A stretch of DNA of 64,000 nucleotides from NCBI GenBank assembly GCA_039545335.1, contig BCIN01000008.1, positions 507,528-571,527 on the forward strand, read 5' to 3'. This document shows positions 12,894 to 24,789 of this stretch, piece by piece. The notes beneath the pieces are model-generated. The model made no database searches, was not told the origin of the DNA, and saw nothing but the letters and a program-made list of their open reading frames with translations. This stretch comes from Kondoa subrosea (lineage: Eukaryota). Made by a program: the position numbers and the translations under genes. Numbering within the stretch: position 1 is the stretch's first letter; every line of letters starts with the position of its first letter.

Positions 12894-14165
12894 TCAAGTA
12901 CTATCAAAGTTCCATACGTCAGCTGCAACGTCTGGTCTAATCTTTGTGAGGGTAGACATGAATTCTCCCATCCAGATCTTCTGATTAGTATCCATCCAGT
13001 CTTCGATTTCAAAGATCCGATTATCGCCAACGATGCAGCCATTTCCTGTGATAATCCTCATTCAGCGTGTCAGATCCAAAGTATAGACAGCAAGACTCAC
13101 CGTTGTACTTCTTTTCCGTGCTGAATACAGCAGCAGCTCGAGCTAAAGCTATTGGCGGCTGGATCGGTATCCCTTTACAAGCCTGTTCTACTGCTGGCGT
13201 AACAAGACCAGTCCTGTTATAGGTGGTGCGAAGATCAATAATCTTTTCTGAAAGGTGAAGCGGTCACGCACCTGGTCATATATGGACAAATCAAGTTGAT
13301 TCGAGCGTTGAATTCCGCAGCTTTGATATGACTTGCGCGCATTAAGCCCAGGAGCTGCCATGGAGGTGAGCAAGAAGATAAACTATCAGGATAGCGAACT
13401 CACACCATGCTTGGCTGCGCAATAGGTGTATAATCCAGGTGTACCGCGGTAAGAAGCCAACGAGCCTATCATACTAATCTCTCCGCCTTGAGGACTTTGC
13501 TTGCGGAAGTAATGGAATGCAAGTTTGACTGTCTTGATTGTACCGGTGAGATCAATGTCGATCTACAATGGATAAGAAGAGATGACATGAGCTAAGAAGA
13601 GGTTCATGGAAGAGATTCTTGACGTACAATTGCAGACTTTGGCGGAAGTAGTTTTCCGTTCGCGTCAACATCATCCCTACAGTGTAGAATTGAGTAACTC
13701 GATAAGCAGACGATAGTTCGAAGTATTGAGCTCACTTAAAAATGTCATAGGGTTCTCCAATTCCTGCACAAGCGCTATCTCCCCATATCAGCCTGTGACC
13801 AACGAGCTGAGCACAGAAGCAAACCTACACCACAGTATCCACGCGACCGTACTTGCTGACAGCAACTTCGAACATTTCTACTTGCTGATCCCAATTTGTT
13901 ATATCGCATTTGGAGAATGTAATGTTAGGACCTTCTTCGCCGATCGTGTTCTTCAAGTCTCCCCAAACAACCTTTGCACCTCCTCTAGCATAATATTCAA
14001 CGCAAGCTCTGTTCAAACAGAATTCGTTTGGATGCATGAGCCTTTGTCTGGTCACTGTGGTGCATTACCTCACCTGCCGATACCGCTATTACCTCCAGTG
14101 ATGATGACTACCTTGTCTTTAAGCTGAGGAAGCAGTTCTTCGTCCTTGAAGGTGATTTCGGACAT
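12894..14165 (-). CDS. Short-chain dehydrogenase/reductase SDR-B, 15-PGDH-like (copy 1)
   Basis: MSEITFKDEELLPQLKDKVVIITGGNSGIG, KCDITNW and catalytic YCAAK. Ends DVWNFDST*. Confidence 0.9.
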
Positions 14166-14440
14166 TTCGATCTTTTGCTATAATGGTGTCTTGCTATCCT
14201 GCTATTACTGCAATGTTCGGCAATTACAGATGCTTCCTCGAACAGATCCTATTTACCAAGAGATTCATGCATTCCCCACTTATAAGGGTCTTAACCGATT
14301 CTTCACCGAAGCCCCGGAATAACAGTTGCGAAAGATTCGCGGGGTTACACTCTTGTCGAGCTGATCGGTCTGGCCCCTAAATCCTGCTCTTGCTTCTTCC
14401 CTTCAGACGCTCACTCTAATTAGTATTCTACTCTATTACT
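14166..14440. promoter_or_regulatory. Divergent promoter SDR-B/MFS with GCGGGGTTACAC at 14339-14350
   Basis: 275-bp head-to-head gap containing the same 12-mer as the other promoter of this copy. Confidence 0.6.
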
Positions 14441-17400
14441 ATGGGATTCGGAGTGAAAGAAACAGCGTTGGTGTCACCATGTATCGGTATAGCTTGCACT
14501 ACTGACTTATTGTCTGCAGAGATCCTCATGTCCCAGGGACTGCCTTGTAGGGTCTTTGGGCCTGAGATGTGAATGGTTTTCTCATCCATCTTTCCAGGTT
14601 GGACGATCTCCACAAAGCAGAACATGGTGAGATCCTAGCCTGTCCTGCTTGCATGCACGATTTGACTATCTCTGATAGCCGATGTCAAGCATGAACAGCT
14701 CAAGATGGGCACAGGCAGATTTTCCCACATTGTTTGTATGTCATCTATTATCTCAAGTAACGTAGGTTCGCTGATGGTCGACGCAAGTGGTACCACAACC
14801 TACCGATGATCCTAACGAGTACGCTGCTCTTTCCCTCTATAATCCAGTATCATAGCTGAAGACTTGTATAGTCCATTGAACTGGCCAACGTGGAAAAAAG
14901 AAACTATGTTCTGGTGAGTTATGCCTTGTGCAATTGTCTCCTCTCTTTTGACCTAAGCTTCTAGGACCTCTATGTTTGTGGTACGAGCCTTACTTTGCTG
15001 TTTTTTGGTTATTGCTCAAATGTCTTTAGGCTGGTCTGGCTGGAGGTGTGGGAGTGAGTCTGGCATCTAAGTGTCCGTTAAACGTTCTACTGACTTCAAT
15101 CACAGCCTATTCTGGCTTCTGGTTTCTTGCAAGTCTCTCAGGAATGGGGCGTAACCATCGATGGAATCGCTGGTGTATGCCCTTCTGCCATTTTCTTAGT
15201 GTCTTGAGACTGATTATATATTCCACAACAGGCTAATGGATACTGCATTCTCATGATTGGTATTTCAATGGGTTTTGCTGCGGTCTTTGGTCAGAAGTAT
15301 GGTCGTCGTCCAGTCATGCTTATGGCAGTTATTTTTATGATTGCTGGTGGCAGTAAGTGAAGTTTGCAGTTTTCTTTCCCGGTGCTAAATACGCCTTGCA
15401 CAGTCTGGGCTCCGCTTAGTGGTGGTCATCTCAATTCATGGATCGGATCTCGCGTCCTTCAAGGTCTTGGTATCGCTCCTTTTGAAGCTCTCATTACCAA
15501 CCAGGTCAACGACATCTTTTTCGTTCATCAACGTGGCTTCCGTATCACCATATGGTCTTTCGTCATTCAAGCAGGAGTTGTTTGCGCTCCACTAGTGAAT
15601 GGTTACATTATCGAGTCCCCGTCACTAGGGTGGACTTGGTGCTATTGGATAGTCAGTGGGCGAGATTTGCAATGTTTTCGTGCTGATTGCTCTCTATAGA
15701 TGGACATTTTCCTCGTGATTGGGCTCGTTTTGGTCTTGTAAGATCATTTCATGGCAAAGAAAGGCCTGTTTGACTAACAAGCTATCAAACAGCCTCTTCA
15801 TGCCCGAGACAAAGTATCTGGTATGTAAGCATCAGTGAGCCATATTCATTCTGACGGCGCTCTACTCGGCAGCGACCGGAGAAACTTCGCAATGACAATG
15901 GATCTGTCGGCACTGACATTGTTACTGCTGCTGATATGGAACTCAAATCGACTGAAGATCAGAAAGCCACCGGAATGGAAACGGTTGGACATCTTGAAAA
16001 ACGCATCACGTCTGCGTCTTCATATGGCCCAAGAAAGTCTTTCGTTCAAGAGCTCAGACCTTGGTCCGGGTGAGTCAAGGAGAAGTACTGCTGCATAAGG
16101 ATAGTCTGAATGTGTTTATTACAGCTTTGTCAACCCAAAGAGCATTGGATCTATCGCATGGTCCATCGTGTCCGTCCTTGTTAGCCAAGGCCAATTCTTC
16201 AACTGACTCATTAACTCAATATAGTCCCATGTGTCTTTCACCCGTTGTTCTCACCACCTTCTCTATTCTCGCTTTCGGCCAGTGCTGGTCTGTAGTGTTG
16301 TCAACAGTCTCCTGTATGTCATTTCCCTACAGGCTGACAATGGTATTGACATCTTTAGCAGCGGTCATCTTTGCGAAGCCGCCCCTTCTCTTCAACGCTA
16401 CTCAGACAGGACTGATGAATATTGCACCTCTCATCGGTAGGTCTATCGTCTAGTCTGTCGATAAGATATCTGAGCATTCTCTCGACAGGTTTTATCGCCG
16501 CAGTCGCCGTTGCAGGTCCTTTGATTGATTAGTGCGTGATTTCGCCTTACCAATATCTGACTGACAAGATCACCTCATATAGCTTCACGGTGTATGCTGC
16601 TCGCAGAAATTCTGGCGTGTTCGAGCCCGAGTAATTACTCTCGTATGTATAGCTTGCATCAACTCATGTTACTTCTACTCCAGATTCCGGCTTTTGCTGA
16701 TTTTGCCGGGTGGTGTGATTTGCGTGGCTGCTTATGCTGGTCAGTCATATCCTGTGTCTCGTTTGCTCTGTTCTGAGGAAGATCCTCTAGGTTGGGCTGG
16801 ATTTACATCCACGAATTATGTCAGCAAACTTCGTGAGTATAACGTAATCCTGAGCTAACATACTCTGTAGAGCTCTTGGGTTGGGCCAGCATTGTATGTC
16901 TCGCTCATTGTATCTTGGCTCACTCTAACCTCTGGGTTCCAGCTTCTTTGGATTGATCAATTGTCAGTATAAGCACCTTTAGTATTTGCAATACTCTAAC
17001 AAATGATGGCTATAGTCGGATCGGGTCTATTCTTTACCGCCATGTGAGCCTGTAATCTTTGGGCTCGTAGCTTTTTGCTTACCCTAACTTGCAGTGTTGT
17101 CTATATCAATGAGGTATACTTTCTATTCTCTTTGTCAAGCTTCAATAAATTGAACCTGCGTGCGCCTTGATAGGTCCACAGAGATTGCGGTCCCGAAGGT
17201 AAGTAGAGGACTGATACCATCCAAGTTTGAGCTGATTCTGTGTCCAGCCTTTGCCGCCGTCAACCTCTGCAAAGGTGTATTGATCTATGGCTTTGTTCAA
17301 TTCGTCGGTGGATGGGTGTTCAGCAATACGTGGGTGTCGTTCTTCATGCGATTGACCTTTCTCATCCAATTTATTCTACAGTACAACTTACATTATGTCA

Positions 17401-17630
17401 GTACTTTGCGGGGTTCAGCTTGCCACACTTCTATTCGCTATCGTGAGCACTACTCTTTCCGAAAATGATGTATATCATGCTAACAGAATCTATAGCCCAT
17501 GTATAGGTACGTTGATGATCGGACTCTAACCTGACATTATTCTGTGCTCAATGCCGTTACTGTTGACAGATATGGCAAAGTCTGCAGAGCTTGGATGGCA
17601 AAACATCCTCATCTCTTTGCCACTCGCTAA
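14441..17630 (+). CDS. MFS transporter, DHA1/HOL1-like (copy 1)
   Basis: MGFGVKE...DPHVPGT, VPQPTDDPNDPLNWPTWKKE, FGQKYGRRPV, DIFFVHQRG, FMPET and NSGVFEPE motifs. Ends HPHLFATR*. Highly intron-rich. Confidence 0.9.
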
Positions 17631-17906
17631 ACAACGTCAGAAGGGAATTTCTGTCTTGGCTTCAGTGTAATTGATGGATTGTGGTTACTCCTCTGTAATA
17701 GCTAGGCAAATGGACTTGTGTTGAAAATATCAAACATGCGTTGCGTTGTCTCTCAAATTCACCGAAGTCTCTCCGTGTCAGCGCAGGCGACTCAGAGAGG
17801 ACTTAGAAAAGTTGAAGACAACATGAATCATATTAAGGACTGAAAGTAATGAACGTTATGCACATAGAGACCCTTTTTCAATAGCTGTGTTGCAACATAA
17901 TAGCGC

Positions 17907-20786
17907 TCAAGCAGAACCATACTTGGCAGCTTTGGCGTGTCTCTCTTCCGCAAGGCGGTCTGAGGTTTCGTCTTGGTACTATAGCGCTGGACGTAAGCAG
18001 AGACAACTATTGATAAGGGTCTGTGACTGACCAAAGGCTCCAATACGGTATTTCTGCGCATTAGGACCCATCGTTTGAAGAAGTAAGGCTGCAGACGTAA
18101 CTTTAGCATGAACCGGAAGCGACTCAAGGTAGAAAGCTTACGAGAGCATGCTTGAATTGATATTTGACGAAGACTGAGTTGGGAACCGAGAAGACTTGGT
18201 CGAGTTCTTCCAAAGCTGCAAAAATAATGATCAAAAATGGCCCAAATCGATAGCGACTATCCAGCATACTTCTCTGCTTGGTTTCCGGTAACCAGAGGAA
18301 TATCATACACTGGATTTTTGCTCCCTGTCAGCGCCAGCCCGCGACCAGCTAACGAGAATGCACTTACGAAGGCAATTGCATTCAAACCGGCGTAGAAACC
18401 GAATGCACCAGCTGTAGTGAAGGCCAGAACCATTCTAGGGAACGTGAGCGAGAGTACTAGCGACACAATAAATGTGAGACATAATTTCTACACGCCTGAG
18501 ACAAACTTACCTGCTGCCCAGAAGAGGCTACAATGGTGAAAAGTACAGCTATCAGCGAAAAGTATACTCATTGGCTTGAAGACATACCATGTCGCAACAG
18601 CGAAAGCCATTCCCATTTCACGTTGAGCCAGAGGGAAGACTTCGGCGGAGTAGGTGAAAGGTACTGGTCCAAAAATTAGCCGAGGAAACTTGTGAAGCAG
18701 CACCAAGACCAACCTGGACCTTCACCAACAGAGTAAAAGGCAGCGAAGAGGTAGATGAAGAGGGCGATGAGACCAACTCTGACGGTTGAGTCGATAGGTC
18801 GAATCAAGAAGCAAAGACCAGCCGCCAAAAGAGTCCAGCACATCTGAGGGAAGGTGAAGAGAAGGAGAGACCGACGACCGAAAGTATCGATGGTGAAGAA
18901 AGCTGGAATGGCGAACAAGAAGTTGATGGCACCGAAACCAAGAGAAGCGTAAAGAGCTTGGTCGTAGGTGTAGGAAGCTTGCACGAAGACAGATGAAGAG
19001 TAGAAGGCGATAATGTTAATACCTAAGAAATCGATGTGAGGGAAAGAAGGAGAAACAGTACATGGGAACACTTACCACACATTTGTTGGGCAATCATGAC
19101 AACAAAAGAGGCCCTGGTTGCACGACGAACACGAGGGATGGTGAAGAGCTCGGAGAAGCGAGCGAAGAAGGAGTTTCCACGGATGATCTGCTTCTCGGCT
19201 TCAAGTTGAACGTAAATGTAGTACATGTCACGAGCAGCTTGTAAATCGGTGAAACGCAGTCTTCGGAACGATCTGTAAGCATCGGAGTAGCGACCTTTCT
19301 TCATCAGCCATCTAGGTGATTCTGGGCAAACGTAGATAGCCAAAAGGAAGACAGCGGGCAAGAAAGCTGAGCCAAGTTGCAGCCTCCAAGCAATTCTGCC
19401 GACGTCCTTGAGGATGACGTTTGCAGCTGTTCCTCTGCAAGAATACATATTTCAGAAGCGCTTCCTTGTGTAGAAGCTGTTTGTCACTCACAAGAAGATA
19501 CCGAAAGCGGTCCAGAATTGCCAACCTGTTTGTTTCCCCAAATCAGCAATCTCGCTCACAATGGCCCATGCTTGGTGGTTAATTAGACTAACCCATAACG
19601 AGAGCACCTCGAATTTGGGCAGGAGAGTTTTCGGCGGCAAAGATGGGTACTGCGCCTCAATCTTAGCAAAATGGATTGTCGCTCCGAAGTGATACGCATA
19701 CCAGTCGATCCTTTAGCACCCATTCCGAAACCAAGAATCAAACGAACGACGAAAAGTTGCTGCCAGTTTTGAGTGAGACCAGAGCAGATAGGAGTAATGA
19801 TGAGAATAATGGCAGTGATCAAAATGCATCCTCTTCGACCAACGTAGTTGTTGATCTCCAAAAGAGTTAAGCTTGATAGAACAAAGGTCAGAGTAAGTCT
19901 GTACTTACGGGATCAGACAACCAGCATCCGAGGAAAGCTGAGCCAATATAAGGAGCCGACTGCGTCGGGTGATGAGTGCGAGTAATAGAATACCAAGGGA
20001 AGTATTTACGTTTACCAGACCGACCAACCTGCATCGGAATGAGCGCAAGTCACAGAACACAAATGGAGCACTTACCAAGTGTTGCGATCAGCATTGGTCG
20101 GCGAGTCTTCAGGGATACCCTGAATGTACAAAGATTAGCGATCGGAGCTGATGTAGATGAAAGCAACTCACAAATTCCGTAGGGAATGACAAGTTCGCAC
20201 CTATAGTCACGAGTTCAGTAGGCGAAGGACAAAGTCGCTCCGACAAAATTCCGCACCATTTGAACCAGTTTGATCCCAACCTTGAGTAGCGGCACCAATA
20301 GAGCAAAGAGCGATAGTCAAGTAGAGAAGCTTAGGGTGCGACCACTTGTGAGCATTCTCGTAGCGACTGTAAACGATCTTTAGCAAGGCTGCATAAAAAA
20401 ATGTGGTTGCTTTTTAGGACTCACATGATATCTTTGTCTTCTTCGGTCAAATTGTGCTGTGTCTCGAAACCTTTAGGGTTTTGAGCCAAGAAAGCACCCT
20501 TGAGGAACTGTTCTCTCTTGTCCTGAAGACCACGGAGCTCCACGAATCGATCGACGTCGGCTTCTAGCTGTTCTCCAGAAATACCAGCCAAAGGATTGAT
20601 GATACGAGCAGCAATGTTTTGGTTCATCAGACTGTTATAAAAGCGATCTTCAGCTTATCGACCGCCAATCTAGTCAGCATGTGCAACTGACTGAGGATCG
20701 ATATGTTCATTGTGAGTTTTGTGATCGCCCTTTTCGTATTCAGCAGGGTGCGAATCACCAGGTAAGGTGGGCTTGTTGTAGCTCAT
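17907..20786 (-). CDS. Sugar porter family transporter (polyol/myo-inositol-like)
   Basis: [42 protein letters not shown] and PETK sugar-porter motifs. Confidence 0.93.
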
Positions 20787-21654
20787 ACTTGTATAAGCGC
20801 TGTTTGAGAAGAAGGGGAAAGAAAGAAAATTTCAAATTTAGAGAGTCTCCACAATTTAGAAAAGGGGAGCTAAGTGGACGACCGGGGTTGCGTCACGCGG
20901 AAGCTAAAGTGTCCCTGGTCGATCATATCAAAACGAAGTCTCCTACAGAGACCGGCACGTCCTAACCTTCGGACGAGATAGACCTCGAGCTTGCATCCCT
21001 TTAGATTAGCTCAAGGTTAGAAGCTTAGAGTTCTCGTCAATTGGCCAGACAGAAAGAGCAGAATCCATGACGTCTGCTGCAGTGATGACACTTGTCAGAG
21101 GTTGCGCAAAGCCTTTTGCGAAATAGCAATTTGGCTTGGCGGATTGGAGGAGTGGAGAACGACATGATGAGAGGCAAAGACACGACAGTTCACTGCGCAG
21201 ACTCCTGTATGAACGAGAGTAGTCGATGTGCTTGATGAGAGGAAGCAGGTCTATTGTACTCGTGAATCGAGATGTCGCATTGTGTAATATCGAACTTATG
21301 CAACAGTGGGTCTTGTGAAAGAGAGTACTTTGATATTGGTTGTGAGGTCGAGGAAGAAGAACGACGACCCAATAGTGCATCTGACAGGCCTGACGAGGAC
21401 ATTGATGATGATTCGCAAGCCGGAGCACAGCGCTAGATTACGTAATCGGGGATTTCGAAAATTGCGTGTGTGCTGGAGCCTAAGCCGAGTGGATGAGCGT
21501 TCGTCGCTATAGAGTGGCTTCAGGCAGCAGGTGCAGCATTGACGGCGCTTTTGACGAAGCTAGAGCACGCACGCCCTCGCGCTTTGAGCACAAGCTCGGT
21601 TTTTCTTTGCAAACTTCCATTCAGCGTCATCAAGCTTGGCTACTTTACACCAAC

Positions 21655-23944
21655 ATGGATAGCCTAGCCAGAGCTCGAAGTCTATCAACGGTCTCTGAGC
21701 ATACAGATGGTACAATGACTCCTACAAATGAATTGGACCGGCCTTTGCTGCAAACTACAATCACGACTATTGCACGGCCCAGAGATACAGACAGAAGCCC
21801 TTTAGCTGCTTTAGAACCTACAGAAACGACCACAACCACTATCTCTCATGTTCATTCAAGCGGCATTGAAATTCTGAATCAGCAAGATGGAAGTCTGCAT
21901 CTCAGACCAGTCAATACTTCTCCGAGCAAGAAGAGTAGGATCAGTAAAGTCAAGAAGACAGTCACTTTTGAACCACGCATCAGTTCTTTTGATAGAACGA
22001 ATCCTTCTTCAGCTGGAGATGCTTTCAGAGGCTTTCATACTCTGTTCTGGATCTTAATGGCTATCATGACTTTCCGGACTTTTGCTATGTCGTACAAAGA
22101 GACGGGCTACTTGGTTACATTTCGGTTTGGGAGATTAATCAGTGAAGATATGGTTGTATTGGCAATAAGTGATGGTGTATTGGTCGGAGCGACGATACTG
22201 TGTTATCCGTATATTCTGCTAGTCAAGAATGGCTGGATACGGTATAGAAGATATGGCGTGATATTACAGCATCTCGCTCAATCGCTCTATTTGGCACTTG
22301 CAATTCGTTGGACATTTCATAGGCAGTGGCCTTGGGTGCAGTCCGGATGTGCGTATTTCCTTATTCATTGCAGAGGCCTACTGACGATTCTGTAGTTCTG
22401 ACATTACATTCCCTTACAATGCTCATGAAGATTCACTCTTATTGTGCGACGAATGGCGTATTATCAGAAAAGTCTTTAGAATTGAAGAAAGTTAAGAAAG
22501 AACTCGATGCCATACTAGATGCCTTACCGAGAGGAAGAAGAGGTGCTCTGAAAGAAGCCCGAGAATACTTAGATTCGGATCAACCGCCAATCAGTCCTTC
22601 TGCATCCTCTTCAGCCTTCTCAACAGCTTCTGATGCTTCATTACTCCAGAGTGATTCTACTAAACTCTCTCGACGAAGATCTTCCGCAACCGAATCAGCG
22701 ACTAATCAAGCAGACGAAGATTTTTTGCATAGCGATCATATTCTCGACGTTCTCTATTTTCATCCTGATGCCCAAATATCAGATCTCAGTTGCAAAAGCC
22801 TGGATTTGTTGGATGAGTTGAGAAGTCGAGGGAAGAACAAAGTTCTTTGGCCTGAAAATGTTTCGCTTCTCAATTTCCTGGATTATTTGTCTATTCCTAC
22901 CTTGGTGTACGAGCTCGAGTATCCCCGTACAACAATGTAAGCACGGCATCTCTCTCTCCACATATAGTGCTAAAAAGATGTTGTCGCCAACAGGATTCGT
23001 CCACTTTATGTAATTGAAAAGACTTTGGCTACGTTTGGCACTTTCTCCTTACTTTACATCATCACCGAGCATTATATCTACCCTGTTACGAAAGAAAGCA
23101 ACACAACCTTTTGGGGTATGGCTCTTGATCTGGCAGCACCTTTTATGGTCAATTACATCTTGCTCTTCTACATCAGTGAGTTGATCGAGCTCTTCGGAAT
23201 GAGCGACAGCTGACCTAGGTGTAGTCTTCGAGTGTATAGTAAGGCCTTTGAAGATCTGCATGTTCCTGGCTAATCAGTAAGGTAGTGCAACGCTTTTGCA
23301 GAACTCTCCCGCTTTGCAGACAGACAATTTTACGAAGATTGGTCAGTGATCTAGATCATTCAGCATACCTGGTGCTGATGACACGGTTCCAATGTCAGGT
23401 GGAATTCTACATCATTTGATGAATTCTCCAGGAAATGGAACAAACCTGTTCATACATTCGTAAGTCTCTTTGATCTGTTTGACAACGTTGTCCAAATTGT
23501 GATGATTGTAGCTATTACGACATGTATACGGCACGACACTGACCGCCTACAAGCTATCCAAATTTCAAGCTGCTTTTGTCACCTTCTTGCTGAGCGCAAG
23601 TTTGCATGAACTTGTAATGGCAGTAGTAACAAAGGTAGGTTTCTTTATTGCGCACTATTTGTGCATACCTGATACAGGCAACAGAAACTACGACTTTACC
23701 TCTTCGCTATGCAAATGGCTCAATTACCGCTCATTATGGTAGGGAGAGCAAAAGTCTTCAGACAAAATCCAGGACTTGGCAATGTATGGTCTCTCTTTTC
23801 GTCTTGGGACTGTACTGACATTACTTAGCTGTTCTTCTGGATTGGGCTACTGTCCGGATTTCCGTTGTTAGCTGTTGGGTTGGTCTCTTCGACATTCCCA
23901 CCGAGCGAATACTGATCTTGATCAATAGATATCTTCGTTTTTGA
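21655..23944 (+). CDS. ARE2: Sterol O-acyltransferase (MBOAT, ACAT/ARE family)
   Basis: MKIHSY, PTLVYELEYPRT, FADRQFYEDWWNS, WNKPVH and catalytic SASLHE motifs. Confidence 0.9.
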
Positions 23945-24789
23945 GAGCATAATATTACATGGCATAATATACCTCGATTCACGCCGCACTGAACTCAATC
24001 TGGCTCTATTCCCGCGCTGAAACACAAGAATCTGGATGCTACTTCTGGGACACGGTCTATCCATTGGCAGAGGTTTGTTATGCATTGAGTCGAAGCGCTG
24101 ATGATGAGACCGCCACTGCTTTGAACGGCATTTCCTTCTGTCTAGCTAATTCGCCAGAAAAGAAAAGGTCTCTTTCTGCAGGCTTCTTACGCAGGTCCAG
24201 ATTGAGTTTCCGTCAGAGCGACTCGACTGTCACTTTGTGAATCTCATGTCTGCGCAGAAACTTGTCACCTCGACCCCGTGTACAATTAGCTGTCGTATGA
24301 CAGCGTGCGTCCGACTACCTGTACAGTGATACTCTACGGTATATTCTGTCTCGAATTTCCTCTTTGTGCTCGTCCTGCTTGGCGAGAAACCATCGAGGAT
24401 TTCACTGCAGCGGCCAACCTCGACCTGTGCTGTCGCCTGCATCGTCGCATCTTCGTCGGTGCAGACTGAACCGTACATAATTCTCAGTCCAACTTTTCTT
24501 AAGCTTCGCATGCCAATGCATCACTTTGCTCCTTGCTCATGCCATCTCGCTCTTCTTCTGTTTCATGGCTCCCATTCGAGTTTACAAAGCGCGTGGACCT
24601 TGACAGAGACAAGCGTCTCAGATTTGACTTTGACGCTGTGAACTCTCCCGCTCCGATCAGAGTCGCGCAGATAAACGGGATTTCAAATTTCGAGGTCTCC
24701 ACACTGGTGAAGTGGCTGCGGTTTGCTCCTCAACTGCCGCTTCCCATTGCTCTGCACTCGAAACGAAAAGTCGCATATAGACGCGCAAC

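Larger units (their letters stand above)
9068..17630. repeat. Left arm of inverted segmental duplication (4-gene cluster, copy 1)
   Basis: Gene order and protein sequences mirror 55951-64000 on the opposite strand. Confidence 0.95.

Noticed and set aside
21006..21428. Minus-strand ORFs between the sugar porter and sterol acyltransferase
   Set aside because: No recognisable domain, and I could not build a consistent spliced model. It may still be a small gene.
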